A DNA stretch of 21,027 bases. It comes from Vulcanimicrobiota bacterium. GTDB lineage: Bacteria; Vulcanimicrobiota; Vulcanimicrobiia; Vulcanimicrobiales; Vulcanimicrobiaceae. This document shows, piece by piece, positions 8,265 through 17,045 of this stretch (its first letter is position 1; each line of letters begins with the position of its first letter). A program made the position numbers and the translations under genes. The notes under the pieces are model-generated. The model was not told where the DNA came from. It made no database searches and was given only the letters and a program-made list of their open reading frames with translations. The stretch spans positions 201-21,227 of the forward strand of contig PKZK01000062.1 in NCBI GenBank assembly GCA_003133025.1. Reading direction: 5' to 3'.

Positions 8265-9308
8265 CTATTCGTCGACGACGATGCCGGTGCCGGATTCGAC
8301 GCGGCCGATCTCGGCTGCGAGCGAGCCGCACGCGAGTAGCGCAGCGCGTAACGCCGGGACGTCTTCCGGCGAGAGTGCGATGAGCAGGCCGCCCGAGGTC
8401 TGGGCGTCGCTGAGGATTACGCGGGTGTCGTCGTCGAGACCCGCCGCGAATTCGGTGAATGCGGCGTGTTGCCGGGCGTTCTCGCGCGTTCCGCCGGGCG
8501 CGATGCCCGCGGCGAGCATTTCGTGCACGTTCGCCATGACCGGAATTGCGCTCGCGTACAGGCGCAGGCGCACGCCGCTCGCGCGCATCATCTCGCCGCC
8601 GTGGCCGAGCAGGCCGTAGCCCGTCACGTCGGTTGCCGCGTGCGCGCCCGCGGCCAGCATCGCGCTCGCTGCGTTCGCGTTGAGCGCGGTCATCCACCCG
8701 ATGGCCTCGGCCAGGTCGCCGGCGTCGAGCCGGCCCTTTTTGAGCGCTGAGCCGAGGATGCCCGTGCCCAGCGGCTTGGTCAGCACGAGCGCGTCGCCCG
8801 GGCGCGCGCCGGCGTTGCTCACGATGCGTCGCGGATCGACCGTTCCGGTTACGGCCATGCCGTATTTGGGCTCGTCGTCTTCGATCGTGTGGCCGCCGAG
8901 AATTGCGACGCCGGCCTCGCGGGCGGTCGCCGCGCCGCCTTCGAGGATGCGCGCCAGGATCTCCGTGCCCAGCCGCTCGACCGGGAAGGCCGCGATGTTG
9001 AGGGCGGTCAACGGCGTGCCGCCCATGGCGTAGACGTCGGAGAGGGCGTTGGCCGCCGCAATGCGTCCGAAATCGTACGGATCGTCGACGATGGGCGTGA
9101 AGAAGTCGACGGTCTGGACCAGGGCCAGATCGTCCCGTATGAGATAGACTCCGGCGTCGTCGTTGGTTCCGAAACCGACGAGCACGTTGGGGTCGGAAGA
9201 TGGCGGCAAGCGGCGCAAGACCTGCGCCAGGTCGGCGGAGCCGACTTTACTCGCTCAACCGCCTCCCGAACACAGTGCCGTCAGCCGAACCGTTTCCTCT
9301 GGCTGCAT
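8265..9308 (-). CDS. selD: Selenide, water dikinase (selenophosphate synthetase), selenocysteine-containing, 347 aa
   Basis: Reading upstream of the tracked ORF gives ATG 9308 MQPEETVRLTALCSGGG-(TGA 9257-9255)-ASKVGSADLAQVLRRLP..., placing U18-x-x-K21 at the SelD C/U-x-x-K catalytic motif. The body has DDAGVY, QTVDFFTPIVDDP, ANALSDVYAMGG, GGHT, ATDVTGYGLLGH and DAQTSGGLL. Confidence 0.96.
9219..9233 (-). promoter_or_regulatory. Candidate bacterial SECIS hairpin for the selD UGA
   Basis: Minus strand GACCUG-GCG-CAGGUC forms a perfect 6-bp stem with a G-initiated apical loop starting 28 nt after the UGA. It is extendable by CGC/GCG pairing. Confidence 0.65.
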
Positions 9309-9345
9309 GCTGCGGCATACGACGCGACGAATCAGACGCCCCATC

Positions 9346-10512
9346 ATGGATCGCAACCTGCTCTTCATACCAGGCCCGGTCACCGTGGCCCAGCCCGTGC
9401 TCTCGGCGATGGCCCGCCCGATGATCGACCACCGCAGCGCCCAATTCGCCAAGCTCCTCGAACGCTTGGAGAGCGGACTCCAGCCCATCTTCGGGACGAA
9501 GGCGGATATCGAGATTCTGGGCTGTTCGGGAACCGGCGGCCTGGAAGCCGCAATCTCGAGTTCGTTCTCGCCGGGCGAACGCGTGTTGGCCTGCCCGATC
9601 GGCGTTTTCGGAAAGCGCTTGATCAACATCGCCAAAACGTACGGTCTCGAAGTCGAGGTGCTCGAAACGCCGGCAGGTTCGTGCGTCGATACGGCGGCCC
9701 TCGCCGAGATCGTGCGCAACGATACCGGGCACCGCTTCGCCGGCATCTTGTTGACGCATAACGAAACCTCGACGGGCTCGCAGAACGACATGGCTGCAAT
9801 TGCCGCCGCGCTCGGGGATCATCCCGCGCTGCGCATCGTGGATTCGGTCAGCGGCTTGGCCGCCTCGGAGTTCAAGATGGACGAGTGGGGCTACGACATC
9901 GTCGTGACGGCCTCGCAGAAGGCGCTCGCGGTGCCGCCGGGTCTCGCGATGGTAGCGATCTCCGCGAAGGCCTGGGAGCGCATCGAGAAGGCCAAAGCGC
10001 CGACGTTCTACTTCGATCTGCGCAAGGCGCGCGAGTTCGAGAAGCTAGGTCAGACGCCGTGGACGCCGCCCGTCTCGATCGTGTACGCGCTCGACGTCGC
10101 GCTCGAACGCTACGTGCACGAAGGCGCGGCCAACGTGTGGGCCCGCCACGAACGCTACGCCCGGGCGATTCGTGCCGGCGCCGAGGCGCTCGGGCTCGAG
10201 ATCTTCTCGCGTCCGAACGCGCACTCCAACACCGTCGTCGCGATCAAGGTGCCCGAGGGCTTATCGGCCGACGATATCCGGCGGGAGATGCGCGAGATCG
10301 GCGTCGTGATCGGTGGCGGTCAGCAAGAACTCAAGGGGAAGATCGTGCGCATCGGCACGATGGGCGCGCTCGCGCAAACCGACATCCTCGGCGCGATCGG
10401 CGCGCTCGAAATCGTGCTACTGCAACTCGGCCACCATCTGCAGGTGGGTGCCGGCGTGCGCGCCGCGCTCGAGATCTTCCTCGACCGGCAACCCGCGACC
10501 GCAGGCGTCTAG
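9346..10512 (+). CDS. Class-V PLP-dependent aminotransferase (alanine-glyoxylate/serine-pyruvate family)
   Basis: Starts MDRNLLFIPGPV; motifs MIDHRS, SGTGGLEAA, HNETSTG, IVDSVS, ASQKAL (PLP lysine), TPWTPP and RIGTMG. Confidence 0.93.
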   Translation: MDRNLLFIPGPVTVAQPVLSAMARPMIDHRSAQFAKLLERLESGLQPIFGTKADIEILGCSGTGGLEAAISSSFSPGERVLACPIGVFGKRLINIAKTYGLEVEVLETPAGSCVDTAALAEIVRNDTGHRFAGILLTHNETSTGSQNDMAAIAAALGDHPALRIVDSVSGLAASEFKMDEWGYDIVVTASQKALAVPPGLAMVAISAKAWERIEKAKAPTFYFDLRKAREFEKLGQTPWTPPVSIVYALDVALERYVHEGAANVWARHERYARAIRAGAEALGLEIFSRPNAHSNTVVAIKVPEGLSADDIRREMREIGVVIGGGQQELKGKIVRIGTMGALAQTDILGAIGALEIVLLQLGHHLQVGAGVRAALEIFLDRQPATAGV

Positions 10513-11624
10513 AGTTCCATCACCGCGCGGTAGTGATCGTCGTAGGCGGCGAGCATGCTTTCGTAGCCGGAATATGGCCCGGGCTTATAAGCGCGAGAGG
10601 CGATGCCGCTTTGCGACAGTTCGCAGACGTGCCAGTCTTGCCGGTTCGTAAGCTCCCAAAACGCTACGACGTCGCTCGGATCGAAGCCGGGCGCCGCGAT
10701 CGCTTCGGGTGCGAACAGCCATTCGCAGTGCACGATCGAGTTCGCGACGCCCAGCGGCACGATGCGATGCAGCATCACGTAATCCGGGTGCAGGCTCAGC
10801 AAGAGGGTGGGAAACAGCGAATAGTAATAGACGCGGCGCAGGTCGTCGGCGTCGACCGTGCCCAGCGGTGCGCGGCCGCCCGCGCCGCTGGTGCTCATCG
10901 TCTCGTGCGCGTCGCGCAGCCGCATCGGACCTCCGAGGATCGCGCCGTGCTCGAGATCGTTCGAGCCGCTGTCCCAGGCCGAGAGTTCGTCGAGCTGCGG
11001 GTGCACCACCGGACAGTGATAGCACTCGGAGTAATTCTGCGCGATCAACTTCCAGTTGGCGGCCACCGCATAGCTCGCGCGCCGCGCGCGGCGCAGGCCG
11101 GCGAGATTCCAGCGCTCGAACTTGCGTGCGAGCGGCGCGAGGTAGTCCGTAACGCGCGGCGCGACGCGTGCGCTCGCCTCCGCCGCGAAATTGAGGAAGA
11201 TGCAGCCGCCGTATTCCTCGACCGCGAGTGCCTCCAGCGGATAATCGTCCTTGGAGAACCCCGGCACGCCGGCCATGTTGCGGGCCGCCGCGAGCGAGCC
11301 GTCGAGCGCAAAGGTCCACGCATGATACGGACAGACGATGGCGCCCGCGAAATGCCCCGTCTCGCGTTCGCAGAGTCGCGCGCCGCGGTGCCGGCACACG
11401 TTGTAGAAGGCGCGCGCCGCGCCGTCGTCGCCGCGCAGCACGATGATGCTCTCTCCGAACGAGTCGAGCAGCACGAACGCGCCCGCGTCGGCGATGTCTT
11501 CGCTCCGCGCCACGTAGAGCCAAGAGCGGTCGAATATGCGCTCGCGTTCGCGCGCGTAGGTTGCTTCCGAGGTGTAGCAGTGCCCCGGCAGCGTCGACGC
11601 GGCGGCTGCGAGCGCGCGGTTCAC
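10509..11624 (-). CDS. Rieske non-heme iron oxygenase alpha subunit (GbcA/choline monooxygenase-like group)
   Basis: Rieske CRHRG...CPYHAW; mononuclear iron motif NYSECYHCPVVHP and QDWHVCE. GTGA overlap with the cvpA stop. Confidence 0.92.
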   Translation of the reverse strand: MNRALAAAASTLPGHCYTSEATYARERERIFDRSWLYVARSEDIADAGAFVLLDSFGESIIVLRGDDGAARAFYNVCRHRGARLCERETGHFAGAIVCPYHAWTFALDGSLAAARNMAGVPGFSKDDYPLEALAVEEYGGCIFLNFAAEASARVAPRVTDYLAPLARKFERWNLAGLRRARRASYAVAANWKLIAQNYSECYHCPVVHPQLDELSAWDSGSNDLEHGAILGGPMRLRDAHETMSTSGAGGRAPLGTVDADDLRRVYYYSLFPTLLLSLHPDYVMLHRIVPLGVANSIVHCEWLFAPEAIAAPGFDPSDVVAFWELTNRQDWHVCELSQSGIASRAYKPGPYSGYESMLAAYDDHYRAVMEL

Positions 11625-12151
11625 ACCCGGTGGCGTCCGATGATGCCGTTTGAGAACGGCCTGGCGAACCAGGGCAGCGACCGCTTGAGCGCCGTGTCGA
11701 TGTCCCCGTTGGGCTTTTCGAGCCAGCCGACGATGTACGAGCGGCTCAGATCCTCACGCAAATCCTTGCTGAGCGGGAAATAGAGCGCGACGAAGATCAC
11801 GAGCCAGAGGAGAATCGCGCCCTTCACCACGCCGACGGCGGCGCCGAGCGCGGCGTTGAGCACGTTGACGATCGGCAATTTCGCAATGGTACCCAGAGCC
11901 GAACCCAGCAGAATCACCACGATGTAGGCCAAGAGCGCGAAGGCGGCCATCGCGACGACGTGTGCCGAGCCGGGACCCAGATGCGTCCAACCCGCAACGG
12001 CGTCGTCCCACATGCCGGGATAGACGAAGGCCGCGCCGATCGCCACGGCGAGCGCGATCAACCCGGTCAATTCCGACACGAAGCCGCGCATGAAGCCTTT
12101 GACCCCGCCGATGACGAGCACCAGCGTCGCCAGCGCGTCGGGCCAGCTCAT
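11621..12151 (-). CDS. cvpA: CvpA (colicin V production) family membrane protein, 176 aa
   Basis: ATG 12151 overlaps the pheT TGA (ATGA). Sequence MSWPD...GGVKGFMRGFVSEL...LNAALGAAVGVVKG with four hydrophobic helices. Confidence 0.88.
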   Translation of the reverse strand: MSWPDALATLVLVIGGVKGFMRGFVSELTGLIALAVAIGAAFVYPGMWDDAVAGWTHLGPGSAHVVAMAAFALLAYIVVILLGSALGTIAKLPIVNVLNAALGAAVGVVKGAILLWLVIFVALYFPLSKDLREDLSRSYIVGWLEKPNGDIDTALKRSLPWFARPFSNGIIGRHRV

Positions 12152-14514
12152 CCGCGAATCTTCGCCCCGCAGGTCTGTTCGAGCGCGCTGAGGATTGCGC
12201 CGACCTGCGTCTCGGCCTGCGCGTCGGTCAGGGTCGCCTCGCGGCTCTGCAATACCACGCGCACCGCAACGCTCTTCTTGCCCGCCTCGACTTGCGGACC
12301 GCGATACTCGTCGAAGACGCGCACCTCGGCCAGCAGGCCGTTGGCCGCCGAGCGCACGGCGCGCTCGATGTCGCCCGCGCGCACTTCCGGGGCCACGACC
12401 AGTGCGAGGTCGCGTTCGAGCGCCGGGAAACGCGACGGCGCGACGAAGCGCGGCGTGCGATGAGCCGGCACCGCGTCGACGTCGAGCACCGCGAAATAGA
12501 CGTCGCTCTCTATGTCGTATTCGGCCAAGAGCCGCGGGTCGACCGCGCCGAGCGTAACGGCGTCGCGACCCTCGATCTGCAACGTGGCGGCCTTGCCGGG
12601 GTGCAGTTCGGCGCGCTGCGTCACGACGGTTTCCGCGTCGCTTCCCGCAAGCGCGCGCACCACGGCCTCGGCCTCGCCTTTGAACGTGACGAAGCCCGCG
12701 TCGCGCCATTCCGGTTCGCCGGAGCGTTTGGGCACCGCGAGCAGCCAGCCGGCTCGCGCCGTTTCGACCGGTTCGTCGCCGCCCCAGAAGACGTGGCCGA
12801 TTTCGAAATAGCGCAACGGCTCGTCGCTTGCGAAACGCTTCACCAGCGCGAGGAAGCCGGGCAACAGCGAGAAGCGCATGAAACGCTGATCTTCCGACAG
12901 CGGGTTGACGATCTCGACCGGCTCGCCGGGCAACGCCACACCCGCGCGGTCGTAGCCTTCGCGAACGGTTGCCGGTTGCAGTGCGAAGGAGAGGGCCTCG
13001 CGATATCCCTGCGCCGCGAGCGCGTGCGCGATGCGCCGCTCGTCGTGATAGGTCTTCCCGGAAATCGCCTGCTCGACGATTGCGGGCAGTTCGCTCGGAA
13101 CGCGGTCGTAGCCGACGACGCGGCCGACTTCTTCGATCACGTCTTCCCGCAGATGCACGTCGCCGCGCCACGGCGGCGGCGTCGCGAGCAGCCCGTCGCC
13201 GTCGGCCTCAATCGTGAAGCCGAGCCCGCGCAGCGCACGTTCGATCTCGCTTGCGTCCAGCGCAATGCCCAGCAGGCGGCGCACGTCGTGCGGCGTTACG
13301 CGCACGGCCGCCGCGGGCGTGATCTCCGCGCCCACCGCGAAGGGACGGTGCACGGCCGCGCCTTCGGCTTGCAGCAGATGTGCGGCGCGCGCGGCGCCGA
13401 GCGAGGAGAGCGAAAGCGGCAGACCCTTTTCGTGCCGGGTCGAGGCGTCGGTGCGTAAACCGAGCGCGATCGACATGCGCCGGATGCGCGGGCCCGCGAA
13501 CGTCGCGGCCTCGAGCAAGAGTTCGCGCGTGGAGGCCGTTACCTCGCTGCTGGCTGCGCCGCGTAGGCCGGCCAGACACTGCACCTGGCGTTCGTCGGCA
13601 ATGACCAGCGCCACGGGCGTGAGTTCGCGTTCTTCGCCGTCGAGCGTGATCGAGCGTTCGCCGGGCGTCGCATCGCGCACGATGAGTCGCTTGCCCGCCA
13701 ATTTGTCGAAGTCGTAGAAGTGCAGCGGCTGTCCCGTTTCGAGCATGACGAAGTTCGAGACGTCGACGAGGCTGTCGATGGGCCGCTGCCCCGCAAGCGC
13801 GAGTCGCGCGCGAATCCAGAACGGCGCCGTGCGCACCGACAGCGCCGAGAAGCGCTGCGCGACGAAGCGCTTACAGTCGGGCGTTTCGAGCGTGACCGAT
13901 GCGTCGGCCGCGCTCTCCGGTTCGGTATAGGTAACCTCGAGCGAGGGTTCGCGCACCGGCAAGCCGAGCGCGGCGCCCAACTCGCGGGCGAGTCCCAAGA
14001 TCGACATGGCATCGACGCGGTTGGCCGTAATTTCGACGTCGAGCACGTCGTCGCTCAAGCGGTGAAGCGCGATGAAGTCGGCGCCGATGGGTGAATCGGC
14101 TTCGAGTTGCAGGATGCCGTCTTCGAAGCCGTCTTCGGCCAAACCCAACTCGCCAGCGGAAACGAGCATGCCTTCGGAATCGAGTCCGCGCATCTTGCGC
14201 GGCGCGATCGTCATCGCGGCCAATTGCGCGCCGATTTTGGCGACGGGCACGATCTGGCCGGCGGCGACGTTGGTGGCCGCGGTCGCGATCGTCAGCGGCT
14301 TCGCCTCGCCGACGTCGACCGTGCAAACCTGCAGCCGATCGGCGTTGGGGTGCTTCTCGACCGCGGCTAACCGGCCCACGACCACGCCCGAGAGCGCCGG
14401 CCGGCGCTCCACGGCGTCGACCGGAAAGCCCAGGCTCGCGAACTTTTCCGCAATTTCGTCGGTGCCCAGGGTCAGATCGATGTAGTCGCGGAGCCAAGCG
14501 ATCGGAACTTTCAT
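12148..14514 (-). CDS. pheT: Phenylalanine--tRNA ligase beta subunit
   Basis: MKVPIAWLRDY, KHPNADRL, EITANRVDAMS, VDVSNFVMLETGQPLHFYD, WRGDVHLREDVIEEVGR, NPLSEDQRFMR, and the C-terminal anticodon-binding motif RFPALERDLA...FDEYRG. Confidence 0.98.
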   Translation of the reverse strand: MKVPIAWLRDYIDLTLGTDEIAEKFASLGFPVDAVERRPALSGVVVGRLAAVEKHPNADRLQVCTVDVGEAKPLTIATAATNVAAGQIVPVAKIGAQLAAMTIAPRKMRGLDSEGMLVSAGELGLAEDGFEDGILQLEADSPIGADFIALHRLSDDVLDVEITANRVDAMSILGLARELGAALGLPVREPSLEVTYTEPESAADASVTLETPDCKRFVAQRFSALSVRTAPFWIRARLALAGQRPIDSLVDVSNFVMLETGQPLHFYDFDKLAGKRLIVRDATPGERSITLDGEERELTPVALVIADERQVQCLAGLRGAASSEVTASTRELLLEAATFAGPRIRRMSIALGLRTDASTRHEKGLPLSLSSLGAARAAHLLQAEGAAVHRPFAVGAEITPAAAVRVTPHDVRRLLGIALDASEIERALRGLGFTIEADGDGLLATPPPWRGDVHLREDVIEEVGRVVGYDRVPSELPAIVEQAISGKTYHDERRIAHALAAQGYREALSFALQPATVREGYDRAGVALPGEPVEIVNPLSEDQRFMRFSLLPGFLALVKRFASDEPLRYFEIGHVFWGGDEPVETARAGWLLAVPKRSGEPEWRDAGFVTFKGEAEAVVRALAGSDAETVVTQRAELHPGKAATLQIEGRDAVTLGAVDPRLLAEYDIESDVYFAVLDVDAVPAHRTPRFVAPSRFPALERDLALVVAPEVRAGDIERAVRSAANGLLAEVRVFDEYRGPQVEAGKKSVAVRVVLQSREATLTDAQAETQVGAILSALEQTCGAKIRG

Positions 14515-14640
14515 ACCGGAGACCTACTACGCCGACGCGCGGACGGTGCCCCTTTCGCCGCACGCTCGGGCGATCGATCGGGCCCGGCGGGGTTTATCCA
14601 CCGCTCCGGGAATGAGCAATTCGCACTTCACTCGTCCCCG

Positions 14641-16002
14641 GTGGAGGAGAGTTTCGTTCGTCCCCTACGCATCGTGCCGGCTTTCGTGTTGTCGTTGGCC
14701 GGTTGCGCGGTACAGCAACCGGTGCAGCATTCGATTCCGGTCGAGTCGGCGCACGTCCCGTTCGTGTTGCCCGCTTCGTTCGACCATCATGCCGCGACCG
14801 GCAAGATCCAGCACGTGGTGATCATCGTGCAAGAGAACCGGAGCTTCGACAACCTCTTTCACGGTTATCCGGGCGCCGATACCGTTTCGAGCGGGCTCGA
14901 CTCGAACAATCAAGTCATCCGGCTCCAGCCGGTCGGCCTCGAAGATCGGTACGTCCTCGATCATTCCGCCGCTGCGATGTTCTCGGCGTGCAACGGCACG
15001 CCGCCCGGTCAGAATTGCACGATGAACGGATTCAACAACGACATTTCGAACGGCGGTCCGGCGAACCCGCAATACGTCTACGTTCCGCACGCGGAGTCGA
15101 AACCGTATTTTGCGCTGGCGAACGAATTCGTGCTGGCCGATCGCATGTTCCAGTCGCACCTCGACGAGAGCTTCGTGTCGCACCAGTACCTCATCGCCGC
15201 GCAGGCCGATTCGGCCGTCGACCTTCCCAAAGCGCTGTGGGGCTGCGACGGCGGGAGCGACGACACCGTCGAGACGATCACGCAAAACAGGACGTACGGA
15301 CCTCAGCTGCAAGCGTGTTTCGACTATATGACCCTGGGCGACGAGCTCGACCACGCAAGGCTCACCTGGCGCTTCTACACGAGTACGATCAACAGCAACG
15401 GCGGCGAATGGTCGGGCTATCAGGCCGTCAGACACATCCGCTACGGTCCCGATTGGGGCACCGACGTCATCACGCCGCAGACCCAGTTCTTCACCGACCT
15501 CGCCGGCGGGAATCTGGCCAACGTCACCTGGATAACGCCGACCTGCGAGACCTCCGACCACGTCAATTGCGGCGGCAAGCTCGGCCCGCAGTGGGTGTCG
15601 ACGCTGGTCAACGCGATCGGCGAGAGCCAGTTTTGGAATACGACGGCGATCTTCGTCATGTGGGACGATTGGGGCGGCCTCTACGATCACGTGCCGCCGC
15701 CCTACGAAGATTACGACGGTCTCGGCTTCCGCGTGCCGCTGCTGATGATTTCACCCTATGCCCGGCAAGGCTCCGTCACGCACGTGCAGTACGAGACGGG
15801 CAGCATCTTGCGCTTCATCGAGGATCGGTACGGATTGAGCCAACTCTCGGCGAGCGACGCGCGCGCCAACGATCCGGCAAACGATCCCGCGGCCTTTGAT
15901 TTCGCGCAGAGTCCGCGCGCGTACCACCGGGTGCACACGCTGTACGCGCCGCAATTTTTCGAGTCGCGGCCGTACGACGGGCGGCCGCCCGACGACGACT
16001 AG
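14641..16002 (+). CDS. Phosphoesterase (phospholipase C/acid phosphatase, PlcH/AcpA-like) lipoprotein
   Basis: KIQHVVIIVQENRSFDNLF, WDDWGGLYDHVPPP, GFRVPLLMISPYA, SILRFIE; lipobox LAGC (Cys22). Exact start uncertain. Confidence 0.9.
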   Translation: MEESFVRPLRIVPAFVLSLAGCAVQQPVQHSIPVESAHVPFVLPASFDHHAATGKIQHVVIIVQENRSFDNLFHGYPGADTVSSGLDSNNQVIRLQPVGLEDRYVLDHSAAAMFSACNGTPPGQNCTMNGFNNDISNGGPANPQYVYVPHAESKPYFALANEFVLADRMFQSHLDESFVSHQYLIAAQADSAVDLPKALWGCDGGSDDTVETITQNRTYGPQLQACFDYMTLGDELDHARLTWRFYTSTINSNGGEWSGYQAVRHIRYGPDWGTDVITPQTQFFTDLAGGNLANVTWITPTCETSDHVNCGGKLGPQWVSTLVNAIGESQFWNTTAIFVMWDDWGGLYDHVPPPYEDYDGLGFRVPLLMISPYARQGSVTHVQYETGSILRFIEDRYGLSQLSASDARANDPANDPAAFDFAQSPRAYHRVHTLYAPQFFESRPYDGRPPDDD

Positions 16003-17045
16003 GCGAGCTGCGCGAGCACGCGCGGATCGTTTTCGAAGAGCACGCGGATGTCGTCGATCCCGTGGCGCACCATCGCCAGACGCTCGATGCCCATGCCGAA
16101 GGCCCAGCCCGACACCGCATCGGGATCGTAACCGCTTTCGCGCAACACGCCCGGGTGCACCATGCCCGCGCCGCCCATCTCGATCCAGCCCGATCCGCCG
16201 CAGGTGCGACACGCATTGCCGTCCGCGAGCGAACCGCTGCCGGCGCAGCCCGGACACGTCGTGTCGATCTCCGCGCTCGGTTCGGTGAACGGAAAGAACG
16301 ACGGACGGAAGCGCACGGTCTGCGCGGGTCCGAAGAGTTCGCGGAAAAGCCCGGTCAGCATGCCCTTGAGATGCCCGAGGTGGATGCCCGGAGCGACCAA
16401 CAGACCTTCGAGCTGATGGAACATGTAGCTGTGCCGCGCGTCGACCGCATCGCGGCGGTATGCCTTGCCGGGCGTGACGATAGCGATCGGCGGTGGATTC
16501 GCTTGCATCGTGCGCACTTGCATGGGCGAGGTGTGCGTGCGCAACAGCGCACCCGAACGGAGATAGAACGAATCGAGCCCCTCGCGTGCCGGATGATCGG
16601 GCGGGATGTTCAGCGCATCGAAGTTATAATACTCGGTTTCGATCTCGTTGCCGAGCACGACGGCGAAGCCGCGGCGCTCGAAATAGCCGCATGCGTCTTC
16701 GAGCGTCCGGCGCAGCGGATGGAGCGAGCCCGCGCGCGAGGGCGCGCCCGGAAACGTAACGTCGATGCTGGTCGCCAAGGCCGCGTCGAGCGCGCGCCGG
16801 CCCAATTCCCGCGACTTCTCGGTGAGCATCGCTTCGAGCGACTCGACGGCCGCATTGATGACTTTGCCCGCATCCGGCCGTTCGGCGGGGGGCAGCGCTC
16901 CGATGCCGCGTCGCAGGGTCGTGATCTCGCCGCTGCGGCCGAGGAAGCGGACGCGGACGGCCTCGAGGCCCGCCTCGTCGTCGACGCCGGCCAATTCGTC
17001 GCGCAGCCGCGCGCTGAGGTCGGCGATTTGCTGGGTGAGGCTGAT
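15999..17045 (-). CDS. pheS: Phenylalanine--tRNA ligase alpha subunit (apparent ATC start)
   Basis: GSLHPL, NFDALNIPPDHPAR, LLRTHTSPMQVR, FHQLEG, FRPSFFPFTEPS, GWAFGMGIERL. The N-terminal helix (x)SLTQQIADLSARLRDELA extends to ATC at 17045, which is preceded by AAAGGA at 6 nt spacing. Confidence 0.97.
   Translation of the reverse strand: MSLTQQIADLSARLRDELAGVDDEAGLEAVRVRFLGRSGEITTLRRGIGALPPAERPDAGKVINAAVESLEAMLTEKSRELGRRALDAALATSIDVTFPGAPSRAGSLHPLRRTLEDACGYFERRGFAVVLGNEIETEYYNFDALNIPPDHPAREGLDSFYLRSGALLRTHTSPMQVRTMQANPPPIAIVTPGKAYRRDAVDARHSYMFHQLEGLLVAPGIHLGHLKGMLTGLFRELFGPAQTVRFRPSFFPFTEPSAEIDTTCPGCAGSGSLADGNACRTCGGSGWIEMGGAGMVHPGVLRESGYDPDAVSGWAFGMGIERLAMVRHGIDDIRVLFENDPRVLAQLA

Noticed and set aside
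9255..9257. selD as a nonsense pseudogene
   Set aside because: The TGA falls exactly at the Cys/Sec catalytic position, is followed by a SECIS-like hairpin, and the rest of the gene is intact.
9346..10512. Aminotransferase as a selenocysteine lyase/cysteine desulfurase serving SelD
   Set aside because: It lacks the C-terminal catalytic Cys motif of NifS/SufS enzymes; motifs match the AGT/SPT subgroup.
9885..11783. 632-aa plus-strand ORF, and other long overlapping ORFs such as 4469-5992, 1589-2875, 3541-4827, 12292-13458 and 14703-15899
   Set aside because: Shadow frames of well-supported genes in high-GC DNA; Arg/Ala-rich with no recognisable motifs.
12152..13171. Apparent 340-aa N-terminal extension of CvpA in the ORF track
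   Set aside because: It is an alternative frame inside pheT; the real start is the ATG at 12151 overlapping the pheT stop.
14571..14610. CGATCGATCG palindrome and imperfect GC hairpin between pheT and the phosphoesterase
   Set aside because: Short and GC-rich, and CGATCG is very frequent throughout the window; not distinguishable from chance.
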